Assembly (NCBI RefSeq): GCF_000181795.1
Contig: NW_003526941.1
Location: 2,261,376 to 2,325,375, forward strand
Direction of reading: 5' to 3'
DNA from: Trichinella spiralis
Taxonomy: Eukaryota
DNA length: 64,000 nt
Of this stretch, positions 56,584 through 64,000 are shown piece by piece (the stretch's first letter is position 1; each line of letters opens with the position of its first letter). The translations under genes and the position numbers were made by a program. The notes beneath the pieces were generated by a model. It saw nothing but the letters and a program-made list of their open reading frames with translations, made no database searches and was not told the DNA's origin.

Positions 56584-56922
56584 TCAGTCATCCCTGTGCA
56601 CTGGTTTGAACTTTTTCACCATTTCTGCAATCTTCTCTTTGATAAACAAATCCCCTCGTTCATTCGGAGGAACTAAAGCGGGATTCATTTGTAGTTTCCA
56701 CCAAACGTACACGGAAGCTAAAGCAGCAAATATGTAAAACGGATTTTTAATGTTTATCAATTTACTTATATAATAAACTTTTTTCATTCATGATTAGCCA
56801 GATGAGAAATAACTTATATTTTAATCGGCGAAAATTATATGATGCTTTTAGTCACACTGTTTACCTGAAAATGCGCCAACCAGTAGAATGTTCAGAACTT
56901 TCTGATTTTTGAAAACATCCAT
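56584..56922 (-). CDS. Two-exon 63-aa single-pass membrane microprotein, function unknown
   Basis: Exon 56865-56922 (ATG...TCA G|GTAAAC) splices in phase to exon 56584-56717 (TTTAG|CT TCC), giving MDVFKNQKVLNILLVGAFSASVYVWWKLQMNPALVPPNERGDLFIKEKIAEMVKKFKPVHRDD*. Confidence 0.65.
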
Positions 56923-57366
56923 TTTAATTTCGTATATGCAAAAATTGTTATTTTTACTATCATAATAAAATAAATGCAAGTTCATAAATGTTTTAGAAGA
57001 AATAAAATATAGATTTTATAATTCAGTACCAGAGAAATTATGAACTTTCATCTGAAATACAAAATTGAACTACATTTTCAATTTCAATGATTACGAAACA
57101 ATGCATTTATTTTCATAATTTTGACGAAACTATATAATTCAAAAAGTATTAGATTTTGTTCCAAAATAATTATTAATACAAAAATCATTTTGAAATTTAG
57201 TATTTTATTAAAATTTTATATTTTAATGATATTAATAATTACATGTTTACAAAACAAATTACAGTAAGAAAATAAAACTTTATTATCAAGTTATGTCAGC
57301 CGTTGTCACGACAATCATTGTTTTTGTAGTTTAGATTTGGATTTGTGGTTTATTTTAATTACTGAA

Positions 57367-59032
57367 ATGCAGCTTCTAGTTGAACATTTGATGGTTGACA
57401 CCGTTGGTTTTGTAAAGGCAGACGATTTGAGAGTAAAACTTTGTTACATTTTATGTTCTGTATCTTAATAGCAAATTTAGAAATATGGTAAAAATATTTA
57501 TACAATTCAAGATGTTTTGAATGAAATCCGCGATTCTAATACGCGAAAAAAATTATCCACCTTACCGTATGATCTGAAAACTGTGATGCCTGATGAAAAA
57601 GCTATTCGATTTGGTAGGTATATAATCGCACTTGTCTTCGTTTTTCTTTTTTATTTGCAGCAGTCTTTTTAACACTTCCGTTTTTATTAAATCATTGCAT
57701 TTTTATTTTGCAAAAAATACTTACATTATAACTTTGTGTTAATGTTAGTATGTTTTAGTCGAAAATGGTACAGAAATAGTGCTTTGTGATTTCTTTTGCT
57801 TTTTCGATAAATCCGTATTTAGCCATTTTAATAATGCATTCAAGTTACTTTTTCCTTTCATTTAGTTTTATTAGACTTGTGCACTGTTATTATCATGCAT
57901 ATATTTTTCAGTTATAGAGTTTTCCAAAAAAACTGGTGATTATCCAAGCTTATCAGTAACAGATGTGAAATTGATAGCAGCGGTTTATACTATGGAACTA
58001 GAGCACGTAGGCTCTGAGCACATTATTCAAGAACCGAAGGTGCAGAAGACTTCTGCCGTTGGTGGACTGAAATGCGAAGATGTCAAAGGTTTACCAGGTT
58101 TTTACATGCCATCAAAGAAAAAACAGTCCGATTGCAGTGATTTGGAAGAGGCAGTGAGAAAAATTGACATCCAGGATCACTCGACTTCAGAAGAGGAAAA
58201 TTCTTTCTCGGAATCAGACAGTGAATACGACGACGATGAAATTCGTGATACCTCCAATTTAAGTGGTTGGATTACCCCAGAAAATTTCTCTTCAACCGTT
58301 GGCAGTGCTAATGACACTGTGCCAGTTGCATGTTTAACCGCTGACTTTGCCATTCAAAATGTATTATTGCACATGGGCTTGAAAGTGGTCTCTGTGGATG
58401 GTATGCTGATAAAACAGTTGAAAACTTATATTTTACGTTGCTTTTCTTGTTTTCAGTAAGTTTGAGTTGAAAAACGATTTTTTAATTATCATTAGCAATG
58501 AATAAATTTTAATCTAGCATGACAAGTAAAATGATGAAGAAATTTTGTCCCAACTGTGGGAATGCAACATTAAAACGCCTTGCGATCAGTGTCGATGAGA
58601 ACGGTTGCACGGTGTTTCATTTTTCCCGAAGAAAAGTAATTTCTCTTCGTGGTTCTAAAGTATGCGTTGAAATAATGCTGCTAAAGAAAGAATAATTCAT
58701 TGCTATTTTCAGTTTTCCATTCCAGCACCTAAGGGAGGAAAGCATGCGAATAACTTGATTTTATGTGAAGATCAGCCAGTTAGTCAAAACCGTCTCAGTC
58801 GAAAGGCTCGCCAAAACTTAGACGTTTTTGATCCTGATTATATAGCTGGTCAGTCGCCATTTTCCTTGAACGATATTACTAGCAGGTATAGTAAACAGAT
58901 TTTAATAGTCATGTTCTTCTGAAGTGTATCTTTAGATCAGCTTTGTTAGGCATCCGTGCTATTCACAGGCGGCCTAGGCGCAATCCCAATACTTACAGTT
59001 TAGGGAGAAAGCGTGGTGGAAAGAAGCGTTAG
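57367..59032 (+). CDS. NOB1: NOB1 pre-18S rRNA endonuclease (PIN domain plus Zn ribbon)
   Basis: HLMVDTVGFVK, YTIQDVLNEIRD, FSKKTGDYPSLSVTDVKLIA, GWITPEN, VACLTADFAIQNVLLHMGL, LRCFSCF..FCPNCGNATLKR, IPAPKGGKHANNLILCEDQP. Confidence 0.96.
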
Positions 59033-59361
59033 CAGTAACACTTTGGTTCTGTCTATTGTTGATTTTAAATAAAAGTTATTCTCGAAATGAAGGATCTGCT
59101 GTTCACAGCTAAAATTAAAAATTCAGCGTTCTAGCTGATAACGAAAATGGATACTAGCTTTGTTCATTTGTCCATGGGTAAGTTTCCAATAGCATATTTC
59201 ATGTTAATAAATAATGATTTAAAATCTTATTCATATGCAAGTACAAGAAACTTGATGAAGATGTAATTTTTCTATTTGAAAAAGAAAATTTTATCCGTTC
59301 ACACTTCATTTAATTAAGGAGATGTATTCACAAACCGTTAATGTTTCACTACACACGAATA

Positions 59362-61600
<2,239 letters not shown>

Positions 61601-63094
61601 TCATACGGTCAGGTGGGTTTAAATTTCAAATTTTCTACAAACAATAATATCGATAACAAGTTTAAATAAACGCCATAAATCAGCCATGGAAATAATTGAA
61701 AATCAAATAAAATATTTATAACTGTGAAGAAATAGAGATGAAAAACACTGCGAACGTCAAAATTTTATTTTACAGATTGATTTCATAATATCTACAGTAA
61801 GAAAAAAAATAAACCAAAGGCGGTTCAAATCAAAATTCAAAAATCTTATACCTGAAAATCATTTCCGGTATAACAAGAATTGTGTCAGGAAAAAAAATTA
61901 TTCAAAAATGCATAAAAAATTATGCTTATTTAAATAATAATATTGATTTGTTAATTTCTTTTTATTTTAATATATTTTTTGGAAGAAATATAAGTGCAGT
62001 TCGATCAACTGACCTTCAATTTAATCAGTACAAAATGTGCTAATTTTATTAAAAAATTTTTTAGTTTATTTATATATATCATGCAGTATAAACTTGGTAA
62101 AACATTTATGATACATTGGAACTTCGAATATTTTAATCTGAAATGCAAACTTACATAGTTATGCTCATAAATATTACATCTTATATTATTAAAATTCAAA
62201 CATTTAAACTAAATTAAAAGGTGAATGTATGTTGTTATTTTAAAAATTTCAGTTTATGATAATTTTAGCTGTTTTATTGTGGCATACATGAATTCTTCCA
62301 TTTCCGACATTAGGCTTACTAAAAGTCTATCCTCTAAATAAATTTTGAAACAATGGTAATGGACAATTGATAGAATTAGGTTACGAAGAGCGCAGGTGAC
62401 GCAGTTTTAAAATGGCTGTTGGCACAGTGGTTGACCGTATGCATATATATGAGCGGCTCATTCATTGCGATTGATGGTGGAAGAACACTGAAATGAAACG
62501 TTGCACCAACAATTGTTGAACAGATGCGACACCGCGTTTGCTTAAGCCCAGACAAAAGTGCCTTGCATCTGTTCCTGTCTAGGATTTCTTCTTCATCTTC
62601 TTCACCTTGAACAACTGCGGTAGTTTGTTATGACAGTTGTCAGTTACTGCAGGCTGTTGCTGACTAAAAAGCAAATATCAGTAACGACTGTTATTTTTCG
62701 AGCGATTATTGAAATCACCTTCATGTTTATTCAAGTAAAATAAGCAGTAAAGTACTATAGTGTTGCGAGTGATGACATAGAAAATATAGATAAATAAATA
62801 TAGATACTGAGAATATTTACTTTGCTCACTAAAGTAGGACCATATTGTAAAATAAATGTTATGTAATTATTAACTTTGATGATGAAATTTTAAATAGACT
62901 TATTTGCATTTCACTTTCTCCGATGAACCTCATTTTGTATTAAACATTATTTATTTATTTATTCATTTATTGAGTGAACTTGATTAAATATCAATTTTTA
63001 TTATATAAAAAAATTCATTCATTATCATGTACTGTTATAGTTCTTTTCAGGGTGAGACCTCTGAATGATGATGTGTCGCACTAATTTGCAGCGC

Positions 63095-64000
63095 ATGTTT
63101 GTTATTTCACTCCTGATAATTCTGGTAATTTCTACATATCATAACACTGTTAATATGATGAATGGATGTTCTTCATATTTTTTAAAATTTTTAATGTAAT
63201 TTAATTTCAACCTTTGAAAAATGCAAAATATGATGTGATTATGAAAGTAAATTTTTTGTTTTTGTTTATTGTTTATAACATTTTAAAAAATAGCATAATA
63301 CATCATTTTATATAATTTTTTTAGTTCACACATAGGTAAACTTTATTTATATTTACAGATACATATGCATATTCATACAGTTGTGGAATATTTAAAGCAA
63401 TTACTGAAATAAATTTAGATTAATGGAAATTTATCAGCTGAGCTGTATGATGATGGCATCTGTGGTAGACCAAAGTTTCAGCCGAAATTTGTTTCAGAAG
63501 ATAATCGAATTACAGGTGGTATAGAAGCAGTGCCATATTCTCACCCATGGATTGTACTTCTTACTTCATCTTCTGACACCGAATACAAATGTGGAGGAAC
63601 TATAATACCTTCAAGAGAACTCAATCGCAGTTCTTACATATTAACTGCTGCGCATTGTTTAGAAAATATAATGTATTTATTTTATGAAAATATATCACTG
63701 ATGCAATAACTTTTGTTTAACAAAATTCTATGAATTTAGAATATCGGAAATTATTGTTACTGCAGGAATGCATGACAGTAGTGTAAGCAGTGAAATGGGA
63801 AGGCAAGTTGCAAGAGTGAGCTCAGCTTCCATAAGTCCAAAATTCAAAGACAACAGAAGATACGACTACGCTGTATTGACGTTAGAACGACCTTTCATTT
63901 TTAATGGTTACGTATGCTCTGCTTGTCTGAGCGCAATGCATGAATATTTGAAACCACGAACGAAATGCTTTGCAGCCGGATGGGGAGCCACAACTGGCGG
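63095..64000 (+). CDS. Secreted trypsin/chymotrypsin-family (S1) serine protease, truncated at the window end
   Basis: CGRPKFQP...NR|ITGGIEAVPYSHPW activation site, CGGTII...ILTAAHC (catalytic His), YDYAVLTL (catalytic Asp) and CFAAGWG. Candidate signal exon MFVISLLIIL at 63095 with an ambiguous splice. The catalytic Ser lies beyond the window. Confidence 0.9.

Overview
Eukaryotic, AT-rich draft genomic DNA with short GT-AG introns, many microsatellites and a low-quality N-containing patch near 35.3-35.6 kb. Intron style and gene content suggest a clade I nematode such as Trichinella; this is inference. Spliced host genes found: two tandem cathepsin C (DPPI) paralogues, long-form capicua, a TUG/ASPSCR1 UBX protein, kinesin light chain, syntaxin-5 head-to-head with HRD1/synoviolin, a 63-aa single-TM microprotein, NOB1, FoxN1/4 and a truncated trypsin-family protease. 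The outstanding element is an intronless, GC-rich, bacterial-type PLP-dependent gene (31461-32801, minus strand) with the His-for-Lys signature of ColD (GDP-4-keto-6-deoxy-D-mannose 3-dehydratase), embedded among host genes. It is a candidate horizontally acquired enzyme for 3,6-dideoxyhexose synthesis, plausibly a GDP route to tyvelose. A second unusual gene (37283-38123, minus strand) encodes a 260-aa protein with a fungal eisosome Pil1/Lsp1-like BAR pattern. No rRNA, tRNA, CRISPR array or intact transposon was recognised.
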